A stretch of 63,359 nucleotides of DNA, the filler included, from Octopus bimaculoides (lineage: Eukaryota), in the NCBI RefSeq assembly GCF_001194135.2. It is 5 parts of 4 records of this genome, joined end to end, with 100 filler letters (N's around TTAATTAATTAA, not from the genome) between each part and the next. Parts side by side here need not be neighbours in the genome. Positions count along the whole stretch, not along the records: positions 1 to 27,086 come from NC_068983.1; 4 more parts are not named here. The stretch is one strand, 5' to 3'. The position numbers and the translations under genes were made by a program. The number at the start of each line of letters is the position of its first letter. Positions within the stretch are counted from its first letter, which is position 1. Positions 1 through 13,483 of the stretch are shown here, piece by piece. A model generated the notes under the pieces. It worked only from the letters and a program-made list of their open reading frames with translations. It was not told the DNA's origin and made no database searches.

Positions 1-348
1 TGGCACCATGCAGTGGCGACCCGTGCGGGCATTCCTGTAGTACTTGATGCCAAAGTTTGGCACCAGTCCTTCCAGTATTTTCCATATGTATATTATTACA
101 TATCTCTCCCGCCTGCGCTCCAGGGAGTAGAGACCTAGTGCCTTCAGTCGCTCCCTGTAGTTCATCTGTTGGACTGTGGCGATCTTTTTTGTATAGTGCT
201 GCTGAATTGCCTCGAGTTCTGCTGTCCGCTTAACACTGTGTGGTGACCACAACTGAGAGCAATAGTCTAGGCAGCTCAGAACAAATGTCTTCCACAGAGT
301 CATCATGACTTTTTGATCCCTTGTACGGAATGTCCTCAGTATCCACCC
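1..348 (-). mobile_element. 5'-truncated CR1/L2-group LINE, ORF2 C-terminal part, running off the window edge
   Basis: Hand translation gives 116 stop-free codons: GWILRTFRTRDQKVMMTLWKTFVLSCLDYCSQLWSP...LKALGLYSLERRRERYVIIYIWKILEG. The LDYC..W.P and L.SLE.RR.R motifs are typical of the post-RT region of CR1/L2-group LINEs. Confidence 0.85.
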
Positions 349-377
349 TGCCAGAGGTATATATGCACACGTACACA

Positions 378-530
378 TAATGGACTTCTTTCAGTTTTTG
401 CGTATCAAATCCACTTACAAGGCTTTGATCAACCCAAAGTTATAGTAGAAGACAGTTACCCAAAGTGCCATGCCATAGGAGTGAACCCAGAAACATGTAG
501 TTTTAAAGTAGGCTTTTACCACACAATACA
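378..530 (-). mobile_element. SINE-A 5' half, degenerate
   Basis: Reverse complement matches the head and core of the full SINE-A copies (ctttcagt...caaatccact...gtagaagac). Confidence 0.7.
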
Positions 531-1879
531 TCTGCATCTGCATATATATATATATATATGTATGTATGTATATGTATATTTATATAAAATATACATTTTG
601 TAAAGACCAATTTTAAATGAACAAACTTGTCCTCTGATGTCAATTGGACACTGAATCAAATATATAATTTCAAATATATGATTTTTACACATACTCTAAT
701 GTGTATAAAATTATAATGTCAGATCAATATCAGGGAGTGTAATACAGATGCAAATTTCATAATGTTGATCCCAACCTTTCTGTTACACACTAGTAACACA
801 GAGATACATGCATATACAAAAACTTACAAACACACTCACATACTCTCTCACGCATATGCTTGCACATAGACTTTCACTCACTCACTCTTACAATCTGTGT
901 ATCTATCTATTTGTCTATCTGTCTAGATAGTTAGGTAGGTAGGTAGGTTGGTAGCTACCTACCTACCTATCCATCTATCTATTTAGCTTTACATATGTGT
1001 GTATGTATATATATATACATATGTATATATATATATATATATATNNNNNNNNNNNNNNNNNNNNNNNNNNNNNNNNNNNNNNNNNNNNNNNNNNNNNNNN
1101 NNNNNNNNNNNNNNNNNNNNNNNNNNNNNNNNNNNNNNNNNNNNNNNNNNNNNNNNNNNNNNNNNNNNNNNNNNNNNNNNNNNNNNNNNNNNNNNNNNNN
1201 NNNNNNNNNNNNNNNNNNNNNNNNNNNNNNNNNNNNNNNNNNNNNNNNNNNNCTATCTATCTAGCTTTATATATGCATATATATATATACTTACCTACCT
1301 ATCTGTCTATTTATCTATCTATATACCTATTTACCTATCTATCCATCTATCTATCTATATCTATTTACCTACTTACTTATCTATCTATCTATGTCTCTTC
1401 CTGCTCTCTCTCCACTTCTTTTTCCCTCTACATCTCACTTTTTCATTTTCAAACATACACACACGCACACACACACACACATCCATCCAGCCATATACAC
1501 ATACTCTCACAGCTACTCACTCAGTCTCTCTCTCTCTCTCTCTTATTTGCAAAAAAACATACATATATACACATACACACAAACACAGAGACAGAATGAG
1601 AGCGAATGGGGAGAAAGAGAGAAAGAAAGAGTGAAAGAAAGATCAGTTTGGCGAACTGCGTTTAGATGCTCGATTGGTTTGATGGTAAGTCACTCTCCTT
1701 TTGCACAGCACATTGCAAATGCTTTCATGCCAAGTTAGTGGTGCACTTTACGAAGCCAAGATCAATGCCACAATGAAATTGGGTCTTGTTACTGAGCTTT
1801 CTCCTTCTCCATGCCATAGGCAAACAGCCATAATTATTGTAAGAATAGCGTCAAATGAATAATCACATTCCCTATACCT

Positions 1880-2160
1880 CACCAATTGGCGGAGAAGTTT
1901 TGATAAGCAGATTTTTATTGTGGATCTGATTCAATGAATAGAGAGAAATAATTATATCAGAGAATGGAACTACAAAGTTGAATCTAGTGTGAGCTAGGTG
2001 GCGGCTGTAAAGGAAATTGTGGAAATGAAGTGGATAGTTGTCCATTAGTAAGAGGGAGAATAGGCAATAGAAACGAGGGCGTCGGGAGAAATTGAAGAAT
2101 GTGTAGTGGTAAGGTGAGATTGGGAGGTATTGGGTGAAATTTCCTTCATTGAAGAAAGTT
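1880..2160 (-). mobile_element. Possible highly decayed Penelope-like RT fragment
   Basis: Open frame ...PRFYCLFS...LHFHNFLYSRH...VVPFSDIIISL resembles the PLE RT C-terminal motifs FLNS.H..I.FT and PFLD. The catalytic YxDD is absent. Confidence 0.3.
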
Positions 2161-2266
2161 CAATAATAATGAGAGAAATAATGGGGAAAAAATGAATGAA
2201 GGTTATATTGAATAGTGTCAAGTAGGAGTATATATATGTGTGTGTGAGTGTATCTATGAATGTATC

Positions 2267-2300
<34 letters not shown>

Positions 2301-2546
2301 ATGTTTGTATGGATGTGTGTAGATATGTATGTCTTTCCATGCTAGCATGAAAACGTAGACTCTAAAATAATCATTGTCATCATCATGATGACATATATGC
2401 ACACACACACACATATATATATGGATAGATATATACATAGCCATATACACATAGGTATTCATACATGTGTGTGTGTATGAACTACTGACAATATATATAT
2501 ATATATATATATACATACATACATATGTAGATGTGCATATATATAT

Positions 2547-2584
<38 letters not shown>

Positions 2585-2959
2585 NNNNNNNNNNNNNNNN
2601 NNNNNNNNNNNNNNNNNNNNNNNNNNNNNNNNNNNNNNNNNNNNNNNNNNNNNNNNNNNNNNNNNNNNNNNNNNNNNNNNNNNNNNNNNNNNNNNNNNNN
2701 NNNNNNNNNNNNNNNNNNNNNNNNNNNNNNNNNNNNNNNNNNNNNNNNNNNNNNNNNNNNNNNNNNNNNNNNNNNNNNNNNNNNNNNNNNNNNNNNNNNN
2801 NNNNNNNNNNNNNNNNNNNNNNNNNNNNNNNNNNNNNNNNNNNNNNNNNNNNNNNNNNNNNNNNNNNNNNNNNNNNNNNNNNNNNNNNNNNNNNNNNNNN
2901 NNNNNNNNNNNNNNNNNNNNNNNNNNNNNNNNNNNNNNNNNNNNNNNNNNNNNNNNNNN

Positions 2960-3005
<46 letters not shown>

Positions 3006-3983
3006 ACACACACAGACTCCCACTCACATGTGTGTATTTGTGTGTGTATGTGTTAGGTGTGTGCATATGTATATCTGTGTGTCGTGAGTGTATAACCAAG
3101 TGCATATTTTACATTGCTTTGATATGTGAGAATTGAGTGCAAACAAAGCATAACTTTTCATACAGATAGCATTGTTTGTTTGATGTTCTCCACAAAAGTC
3201 TGTCAGGGCTGTTCCTTATTAGGACACGTCTATTACAAGAGATAAACATCAAGCATGAATTTAATATTCCTTTATTTCACCTGTCACATATGTTTCTGTG
3301 TTCAATAATCAATTATGTCATCCAAATGTGATTTAAAAAGAGACTTAATCATACCAAATGTGTCCTCAGATGGGTTATTTTCATTCTGTCTGAGAACGTA
3401 ATCCTTTATGACCAAGTGTTCTTCGCAAATCACATTTATATATCATATTTATAACATAGGTGCAGGCTGTGTGGATAAGAGGTTTTGCTTCCCAACCACA
3501 TGGTTTCAGGTTCAGTCCAATTGTGTAGAATCTTAGGCAAGTGCCTCAAGTGGACCAAACCTTTATGAGTGAATGTGGAAGGCAGAAATGCTATCATGTA
3601 TATATATGTGTGTGAAAGTACTTGTGCCTCCTTAGAAAGATAGGATGGAAATCACATTTATAGTATCACATCTCCAGTTATCAAACACAGAAATACATGT
3701 AATAGATGAAATGAAGGAATACCAAATTCATGCCTCATGGTTTTTTTGGCTGAAACTTTGAAGTTACTGTCAATACTGTTATTGTTAAAGAATAATAAAG
3801 TAGTATTCTGCCAAATGTCTTGAGTAATCCTTCAATTTAATGAAAAATTGCTTTAATTATAACATCAAAACAAAAAATTTATACATACACACACAGACAC
3901 ATGCATCACACACACACACGCACACATGCACACGCACACACACATGCACACACATACACACACACACATGCACACATATATAT

Positions 3984-4139
3984 GTAGTGGGTGCGTAGTA
4001 AGAAGCTTGCATCCCAACCACGTGCTTCCAGGTTCTATCCCACTGTGGGGCATCTTGGGCAAGTATCTTCTACTGTAGCTTCAGGCCAACAAAAGCCTTG
4101 TGAGTGGATTTGGTAGATGGAAACTGAAAGAAGCTCATC

Positions 4140-4210
<71 letters not shown>

Positions 4211-4453
4211 CGTATATATATCTATGTGTGCATGTGTCTTTGTGTTTGTGTTTGTCCCTCCCATCACCACTTGACAACTGGTATTGGTATTTTTGTGTCC
4301 CCATAACTTAGCAGTTTGGCAGAAGAGACAGATAGAATAAGTACCACTTCTTAAAAAAAAACGCACTGGGGTTAATTCACTCGACTAAAAGTTCAAGGTA
4401 GTGCCCCAGCATGGCTGCAGTATAGTGACTGAGATAAGTAAAAGATAAAAGAT
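3984..4453 (+). mobile_element. SINE-A full copy (tRNA-like head, central (TA)n/(TG)n, AAAAGAT tail)
   Basis: Colinear with the copies at 23091-23500 and 57397-57812. An extra 3' half follows at about 4553-4760. Confidence 0.85.
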
Positions 4454-4486
4454 ATATGTATGTATGCTTATATATATATATAAGCC

Positions 4487-4526
<40 letters not shown>

Positions 4527-4781
4527 GTGTGTGTGTGTGTGTGTGTGTGTCCGTGTCTGTGTTTGTTTCCACTCCATCGCTTGACAACCAATGTTGGTGT
4601 GTTTACATCCCCGTAACTCAGTGGTTCAGCAAAAGAGACCGACAGAATAAGCACTAGGCTTACAAAGATTTAAGTCCTGGGGTCGATTTGTTCAACTAAA
4701 AGCGGAGCTCCGGCATGGCCGCTATTAAATGACTGAAACAAGTAAAGAATAAAAGGAAAGAATAAACGAATATGTAGGTGT

Positions 4782-4812
<31 letters not shown>

Positions 4813-7132
4813 AATATTTTTTAGTTTATGTTGGAGAAATGAGAGAGGAGAGCTCAATACATGTAGAGGATATGATTTCTTTTTAAAAGGAAACTAAAAC
4901 TTTGTCTCATGACCTGAATTTGGCACCACTTTGTAAATAATTATTATAACTTGGTATTAATAGTTATTAATATCCTTTCATCTGTGTGTGTGTGGTCTAG
5001 TTTTTTCATTGGATGGATTTTCATGTTTATTGATTGGCTGGTGTTTTTCTAGTCTCTTCATTGGTTATTTATATTATTTTGGGGTTGTGGTGTTTGTATT
5101 TCTGGCATTTATAGGTGTAAGGGTGTTTTATTAATCTGTTAGAATTTGTTAGTGAACCAGCGATGGAGTGTATTTTTTCTTTTTTCTTATGTGTGTGTGT
5201 GTACACATGTGCAAGGTTTTAACTTAATATTGTTTTTGAGATAAGTTATTTATGATTTTTTTTTTATTTGTTTAAGTCATTTGACTGTGGCCATGCTGGA
5301 GCACTGCTTTAGTCAAACAAATCAATCCCAGGACTTGATATTAATCAAATTAATATCAATCTTTTACCCTTATTATTTAAATTTATATATATATATATNN
5401 NNNNNNNNNNNNNNNNNNNNNNNNNNNNNNNNNNNNNNNNNNNNNNNNNNNNNNNNNNNNNNNNNNNNNNNNNNNNNNNNNNNNNNNNNNNNNNNNNNNN
5501 NNNNNNNNNNNNNNNNNNNNNNNNNNNNNNNNNNNNNNNNNNNNNNNNNNNNNNNNNNNNNNNNNNNNNNNNNNNNNNNNNNNNNNNNNNNNNNNNNNNN
5601 NNNNNNNNNNNNNNNNNNNNNNNNNNNNNNNNNNNNNNNNNNNNNNNNNNNNNNNNNNNNNNNNNNNNNNNNNNNNNNNNNNNNNNNNNNNNNNNNNNNN
5701 NNNNNNNNNNNNNNNNNNNNNNNNNNNNNNNNNNNNNNNNNNNNNNNNNNNNNNNNNNNNNNNNNNNNNNNNNNNNNNNNNNNNNNNNNNNNNNNNNNNN
5801 NNNNNNNNNNNNNNNNNNNNNNNNNNNNNNNNNNNNNNNNNNNNNNNNNNNNNNNNNNNNNNNNNNNNNNNNNNNNNNNNNNNNNNNNNNNNNNNNNNNN
5901 NNNNNNNNNNNNNNNNNNNNNNNNNNNNNNNNNNNNNNNNNNNNNNNNNNNNNNNNNNNNNNNNNNNNNNNNNNNNNNNNNGCCAAGGAAGAAAAGAATT
6001 AGTAACTGGACGGATGTGACCAGCGAGGGGTAAGGAGAGAGAGTGGTAGAGGGAGAAACAAGGGGAGGAAGTAGAAAATAGGTGAGCAACGAGAGAAAGA
6101 GAGGAAGAGAGAAATATAGTAGTAACAGAAGGAAAACGAGAGGGGGGAAAAGCTATAGAGATAGATAGAGTCGCGTCAGAAAATATAAAGTTCAAAAACT
6201 TACTTACAGGGATGACGCATGCGTTCGATCATGTAAAACAATTAATAAATGAGTATATGCATATATACGTACAAGTATGTGCATACCTACATCTACCTGT
6301 ATATATAGGTGCATATTTAGGTACAGGACATTGCAAACAAAACGTAGACAAAAAAATAATAATAACCAGAGTACAGAAAACACACAGGCCACATAGAGAA
6401 CATTTTCCTTCATCATCTGCCCCCATTCTAACACGAGCGTTTCGAAGAGTTAGGGCAGGACACATCGTTAAAATGGCTCTTCCCACGGACCACAAATTAA
6501 ATTTGTACCCTGGAGGAATGTAGTGGCGGACAGAAAACAAATGGAAAAGACTAGAGAGAGAGAGAAAGATGTGTGTGTATATATATATATATANNNNNNN
6601 NNNNNNNNNNNNNNNNNNNNNNNNNNNNNNNNNNNNNNNNNNNNNNNNNNNNNNNNNNNNNNNNNNNNNNNNNNNNNNNNNNNNNNNNNNNNNNNNNNNN
6701 NNNNNNNNNNNNNNNNNNNNNNNNNNNNNNNNNNNNNNNNNNNNNNNNNNNNNNNNNNNNNNNNNNNNNNNNNNNNNNNNNNNNNNNNNNNNNNNNNNNN
6801 NNNNNNNNNNNNNNNNNNNNNNNNNNNNNNNNNNNNNNNNNNNNNNNNNNNNNNNNNNNNNNNNNNNNNNNNNNNNNNNNNNNNNNNNNNNNNNNNNNNN
6901 NNNNNNNNNNNNNNNNNNNNNNNNNNNNNNNNNNNNNNNNNNNNNNNNNNNNNNNNNNNNNNNNNNNNNNNNNNNNNNNNNNNNNNNNNNNNNNNNNNNN
7001 NNNNNNNNNNNNNNNNNNNNNNNNNNNNNNNNNNNNNNNNNNNNNNNNNNNNNNNNNNNNNNNNNNNNNNNNNNNNNNNNNNNNNNNNNNNNNNNNNNNN
7101 NNNNNNNNNNNNNNNNNNNNNNNNNNNNNNNN

Positions 7133-7270
7133 TAGGAAAGGCATCCAGCTGTAGAAACTCTGCCAAATCAGATTGGAGCCTGGTGTAGCCATCTGGCTCA
7201 CCAGTCCTCAGTCAAATCGTCCAACCCATGCTAGCATAGAAAGCGGACGTTAAATGATGATGATGATGAT
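7133..7270 (+). mobile_element. SINE-C 3' end with (GAT)n tail
   Basis: aggaagggcatccagctgtagaaactctgccaaatcagattggagcc...aaagcggacgttaaatgatgatg. The reverse complement recurs at 15645-15990 and 61905-62093. Confidence 0.8.
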
Positions 7271-7575
7271 ATATATATGTATATGTATGTATATATATGT
7301 TTATAAATATGATGTACGTATACACACACACACACACATACACACACACACACATACACACACACACACATACACACACACACACACTCAAGCACATATA
7401 CATTAGTAACATACAAGAAGAATGAGTACTTGACCTCTAGAAGGAGAATAAAGAAATCTCTTTAATAGAATCTGTATTTACTATCTGGAACCCAAGGTTT
7501 CATGCTGTTGGAAATCAGCAGTTATTCAATGAGAATTCAAATTACAAATAACACTCCACCAGTGTCAGAGTGTCA

Positions 7576-7612
<37 letters not shown>

Positions 7613-7744
7613 NNNNNNNNNNNNNNNNNNNNNNNNNNNNNNNNNNNNNNNNNNNNNNNNNNNNNNNNNNNNNNNNNNNNNNNNNNNNNNNNNNNNNNNN
7701 NNNNNNNNNNNNNNNNNNNNNNNNNNNNNNNNNNNNNNNNNNNN

Positions 7745-7778
<34 letters not shown>

Positions 7779-8204
7779 CATATGCATACACATCTAGTTT
7801 TGCTGTGGATAAGTTGTAAATGCTTGTTGCAAGAATAACATTGTATTCAAATATATAAATACAAATAAAATTACCATATAATGTCTAGATTTAGAAAAAA
7901 AAAACCTAAATTTTTAATTTCCCAGAACACCTCAGGGGGAAAAGCATAACAAAATTTATAGAAATATAAAAACAACATAAATACATGAATTGAATATAGG
8001 TTTTAGTTATACAAGTTTACTGACTTGAATAAATATATATATATATATCAAAAGAAAAATATTTTTACTATTTTAGGAAACTTTTTTTCCATTCTTCTTC
8101 TCTTTGTGCATGATCCTATAACAGCTGAAAGCATTTTCAGTTTGTCTTCAGACTTAGAAAGCACTCTTTACAGTCAGTTCAGCAACCATCTTCATATATT
8201 TTCT

Positions 8205-8560
8205 ATCTTTCATCTTTTATTTGTTTCAGTCATTAGACTGTGGCCATGCTGGGGCACCATCTTGAAGAATTGTTTAGTTGAATGAATCAACCCCAGTTTT
8301 TATTTGTTTTTTTTGGGGGGGGGGACTAGTTCTTATTTTATTGGTCTCTTTTACTAAATAGGGGACATAAACACACCAACACTGGTTGTCAAGCAGTTGG
8401 TAGAGGACAAACAAGGACACAAAGACACACATACACAGCGACACACACACACATACATTTATATATGATGATTGGCTTCTTTCAGTTTCTGTCTCCCAAA
8501 TCCACTCACAAAGCTTCGGCCAGCCCAAGGCTGTAGTAGCAGACACTTGCTCAAGATATT
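8205..8560 (-). mobile_element. SINE-A copy
   Basis: Tail, central microsatellite and core match the other SINE-A copies. Confidence 0.8.
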
Positions 8561-8929
8561 GAACTCAAAGATATACCCTGGTACTTGCCACCATCTATAT
8601 CTCTCACTTCCTTTACTCAACCATCCCATTTATATTCTGATCCCCATCTCTTGCAAGTTTCGCCACCATCTCTAACCTGTTGTCACCTACTCTCTCTCTT
8701 CTTCTCCTGCACTTACCTCAGATTAGGTAACTATGAATTTCCTTGGTGGCAGCACACCTGTTTCTGTCTTCATTCCTGATCTCTCTCTCCCTCTCCAGCC
8801 AGGTAACTTTGTACAGCAAGACACCTGTTCCTGTCTCTCTGTCTTACTATAACCTTTCGTCATCCAACACAAGATCACCTCTTCCAATGCCTCCTACCCT
8901 CTTGAAAGATTTTTTCTTTAGGTCTTTCA

Positions 8930-9170
8930 AGTACTTGGTTACCCTGTCAGTGCAGGTGCCACTTAAAAGCATCCAGTCCACACTGTAAAGTGGTTGGTGT
9001 TCAGAAGAACATCCAGCTGTAAAAACCTTACCAAAACTGACCTCGCCTGTGCTTATGCCGTGTTAAAAGCACTTAGTTCATTCTGCTGAGTGGTTGGTGT
9101 TAGGAAGGGCATCCAGCTGTAAAAGTCATGCCAGTCTGAAAGCTTGCACTGTGATCTTTGCCAAAACCAC
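8930..9170 (+). mobile_element. SINE-C-related pieces, probably RTE-related
   Basis: The motif gttggtgttaggaagggcatccagctgtaaaa occurs twice. The RTE link is from recall and unverified. Confidence 0.55.
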
Positions 9171-9539
9171 CCAGAGGTGATTTAGTGGTGTTAAACCAAG
9201 AAATGGATTGAGTTTATCACTCAAGGGAATTCACCACCAAAATTGTTTTATATAAATGTTAGAAAGCAAAGAATTACTGAGATAACCAATAAACTAATTT
9301 GGTAGAGTAAATCAGCACAGAATTTTTCTATCTAAATATTTAACTAAATCTGTTCTGTCTTTCATTGACAGGAAGGTTGAGAGGTAGTTAAGAAGTTTGC
9401 TTCTCAACCACATGGTTTATGGTTCAGTCTGACTGATGTGGTACCTAGGGTAAATGGCTTCTACTATAACCCTAGGATGACCATAGCCCTGTGGTTGGAT
9501 TTGGCAGACAGAAACAACACTAAAATCTACCATACACAC

Positions 9540-9656
9540 ATCATCATCATCGTAATCATCATCATCGTCATCATCATCATCGTCATCATCATCATCGTCA
9601 TCATCATCATCGTCATCATCATCATCGTCATCATCATCATCGTCATCATCATCATT
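9540..9656. repeat. (ATC)n microsatellite with a 15-bp higher-order unit (catcatcatcatcgt)
   Basis: Regular cgt interruption every 15 bp. It forms the tail of a minus-strand SINE-C copy at about 9650-9900. Confidence 0.9.
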
Positions 9657-10004
9657 TAATGTCCGTTTTCCATGCTGGCTTGGGATAGACGGTTTGACAG
9701 GAACTGGCAAGCCAGTGGGCTGTACTAAACTCTACTGTCTCATTTGGTATGGTCTTTACAGCTGGATGCCCTTCCTAATGCCAACCAATTTATGAAGTAG
9801 ACTGGGTGCTTTTCACTTGGCACCACCACTGGCAAGGTCTGTTTTGGCATGGTTATTATGGCTGGATGCCCTTTCTAGTGCCAACCACTGTACAGAGTGG
9901 GCTAGGTACTTTTTACACACACACATACATAGGTAAGTAAGTAGGTAGGTAGGTAGGTAGGTAGGTAGGTAGGTAGGTAGGTAGGTAGGTAGGTAGGTAG
10001 GTAA

Positions 10005-10063
<59 letters not shown>

Positions 10064-10074
10064 NNNNNNNNNNT

Positions 10075-10250
10075 TATGCTCAAGATGGCTCCGTCGTTCA
10101 CACGTGCCATCCTTGCTACATTCACCCATCTTTTTTTGAAGCATTCACTAGACAAGACTTCCCTTTCTACTCTCAACTTCCTCTTCAGGTGATACTTGAA
10201 GAAGTTGATGAGAGATTGCCCAGAGAGGAAAGTCTTTGTCTCTAGACCTA
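10075..10250 (-). mobile_element. Probable L1/Tx1-clade LINE ORF2 C-terminus
   Basis: GLETKTFLSGQSLINFFKYHLKRKLRVEREVLSSECFKKRWVNVARM. The ..ER......F...W ending is characteristic of L1/Tx1 ORF2 termini; clade assignment is from recall. Confidence 0.55.
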
Positions 10251-11314
10251 GATAGATATGCATGTGATTGCCTTAATATCATGTGATAGTTGTTAACAAG
10301 CATCCCTGTCATAAAGTGTGGTTTGTTTCCAATTTTCCATGAAAACATGTCTGGCAATGAGGAAATATTACTCTGCTTGGGAAAAGTTGAAGGTTGGCAA
10401 CAAGAAGGGCATCCAGCCATAGAGAATCTACCTCAATGAATTCCATCTGACCCATCTAAGCATGGAAAACTAGACATTAAAACAATGATAATGACGAAGA
10501 TATATATATATATTCTGATTTAGCATTTATTTTTTTCTTATTATTATTATTACCGATTCACTGTATAGCTTCATAGAACAACTGATATTGGAAAGATATT
10601 GGATTTGCTAGAAGATAATGGAAGACTCTGTTATTTGTATAGGAATATTTAGGGCTAGTTATGATATATAGGAAGTTATTGATTAAAAGAAGAAAAACAG
10701 AAGGGAAGTGATGGATCTTTTGGATGAAGAATTAAGTAAGTGCTGTCAACATGTGGATGTGGCACAATTAGTGAATAAAACCAACACACAATCTTGCGGA
10801 ATGTTTGTTAGCATATTGTATATAAAGAGGAAGTGAGGTGAGAGAGATGTCCCTAGACAGTAAGTGATTGAAAAATCTCATGATAATGGCTTATTCAAAG
10901 GTATATTATTTGATGGTAAAAGCTTAGGATGTTATCTGGATCTGTGGAAATGGTTATCTCTATTTAGAAAAAGATTAGGATAGTTTGACAACTGAGTGGA
11001 TTAATAATTACAGTCAAGAGATACAAGAGAGAGTGAGTGTGGGAGAAAAACAGAGAGAGGGTTAAGAGGGGACGAGAGAAAGAAAAGGAAAGAGAGAGGA
11101 GAGAGAGAGAGACAAGAGATAAGAGAAAGAACAGAGGATGAAAATTTGTCTGTATTGAGAAGATTTGAAAGCAAAGTGAAGTGGTGAAGCAGAATTTCTA
11201 GTGACAGGGTTGTTTTAATATTGCTATTTAACAATAGGTCAACCCTGATTGAATAGACTGTTGATCAAAAATATTCAAACCTTGATCATCCAACCATTTT
11301 GCCATATATTAGGA

Positions 11315-11381
11315 GTGATAACATTTCCGATCAGTTAAGATCAGAAGCCATGAGAGCCATTGCCTGGTACTGCATCAGGGC
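11315..11381 (-). mobile_element. End fragment of the TAA-associated non-coding element
   Basis: tgataacatttccgatcagttaa matches 42363-42385; abuts an (ATT)n tract. Confidence 0.6.
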
Positions 11382-11423
11382 ATTGATTATTATTACTATT
11401 ATTTTTTTTCTTATTTTTTTTTA

Positions 11424-11606
11424 TGTGGAGGCGCAATGGCCCAGGGGTTAGGGCAGCGGACTCGTGGTCAGAGGATCGTGGTTTTGATTCCCAGACCGGG
11501 CGTTGTGAGTGTTTATTGAGCAAAAACACCTAAAGCTCCACGAGGCTCCAGCAGGGGGGGGGGCGACCCCTGTTGTACTCTTTCGCCCCAACTTTCTCTC
11601 ACTCTT
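11424..11606 (+). mobile_element. SINE-E, tRNA-derived head, truncated by gap
   Basis: ggaggcgcaatggcccaggggttagggcagcggactcgtggtcagaggatcgtggttttgattccc has Pol III A-box and B-box-like spacing followed by non-tRNA body. Confidence 0.7.
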
Positions 11607-12694
11607 NNNNNNNNNNNNNNNNNNNNNNNNNNNNNNNNNNNNNNNNNNNNNNNNNNNNNNNNNNNNNNNNNNNNNNNNNNNNNNNNNNNNNNNNNNNNNN
11701 NNNNNNNNNNNNNNNNNNNNNNNNNNNNNNNNNNNNNNNNNNNNNNNNNNNNNNNNNNNNNNNNNNNNNNNNNNNNNNNNNNNNNNNNNNNNNNNNNNNN
11801 NNNNNNNNNNNNNNNNNNNNNNNNNNNNNNNNNNNNNNNNNNNNNNNNNNNNNNNNNNNNNNNNNNNNNNNNNNNNNNNNNNNNNNNNNNNNNNNNNNNN
11901 NNNNNNNNNNNNNNNNNNNNNNNNNNNNNNNNNNNNNNNNNNNNNNNNNNNNNNNNNNNNNNNNNNNNNNNNNNNNNNNNNNNNNNNNNNNNNNNNNNNN
12001 NNNNNNNNNNNNNNNNNNNNNNNNNNNNNNNNNNNNNNNNNNNNNNNNNNNNNNNNNNNNNNNNNNNNNNNNNNNNNNNNNNNNNNNNNNNNNNNNNNNN
12101 NNNNNNNNNNTATATATATATATATATATATATGTTTGTTTTATGATTAAAATATATATTTTGAGCTACTTTTTCTGCTTGGTGTTGCACACTAAATCTC
12201 CAAGTTTCACCCAATACTTCTGTTCACCAGTGTTGCATTAACTTTCAACTCAATAATTTCATATTTGATGAACATTCATACATGAGTCATCATTTCAAAG
12301 CATTTCCCCTGCATATTTAGAAAATTCACTGTTTTATCTTCTACATGAAATTTTCTTCCCACAATTCATCTTACACAATTGTTGTTTTAACACTCTCAAT
12401 ATATAATTTCATCTTCTTTCATATATCAAGTATTACGTTTAATTCATTTTCCCCCACTTTCATTTCATAACTGCTTCTTACACTTTCTTACAAACGAAAC
12501 ACATGTACTCCCAAAACATAAAGAGGATTGGATAATGTTAATGGCGCCTGTGTGAATTTGTGTATAACTCTCATTCTCTCACTCACTATTTTACTCACTT
12601 TCTCTCTATATATATTTTGCTCAAACACTCTCTCTCTCTCTGTTCCTCTCTCTGTTCCTCTCTGTTCTTCTCTCTGTTCCTTTCTATCAACAGA

Positions 12695-13232
12695 TACTCT
12701 TTTACTCTTTTACTTGTTTCAGTCATTTGACTGCGGCCATGCTGGAGCACCGCCTTTAGTCGAACAAACCGACCCCAGGACTTATTCTTTGTAAGCCTAG
12801 TACTTATCCTATCGGTCTCTTTTGCCGAAACGCTAAGCTACGGGGACGTAAACACACCAGCATCGGTTGTCAAGCGATGGTGGGGGGACAAACACAGACA
12901 CACATACATATATACATATATATATACGACGGGCTTCTTTCAGTTTCCNNNNNNNNNNNNNNNNNNNNNNNNNNNNNNNNNNNNNNNNNNNNNNNNNNNN
13001 NNNNNNNNNNNNNNNNNNNNNNNNNNNNNNNNNNNNNNNNNNNNNNNNNNNNNNNNNNNNNNNNNNNNNNNNNNNNNNNNNNNNNNNNNNNNNNNNNNNN
13101 NNNNNNNNNNNNNNNNNNNNNNNNNNNNNNNNNNNNNNNNNNNNNNNNNNNNNNNNNNNNNNNNNNNNNNNNNNNNNNNNCCATGTGGTTGGTAAGCAAG
13201 CTCCTTACCACACAGCCACTCCTGCGCCTATA
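12695..13232 (-). mobile_element. SINE-A copy spanning a gap
   Basis: (AAAAGAGT)n tail, body and head ends flank the N run. Confidence 0.85.
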
Positions 13233-13265
13233 TAAAAACATTAATTAGAGAACAAATATGATGCT

Positions 13266-13407
13266 TTATTTACATTTGATGGATATTTGTCCTCATCTTG
13301 TTTTTTGTTAACACAACATTTCGGCTGATATACCCTCCAGCCTTCATCAGGTGTCTTGGGGAAATTTCGAAACTGTGTTCCCATTCCTAAGGTATTTTTC
13401 GGTGTTG

Positions 13408-13483
<76 letters not shown>

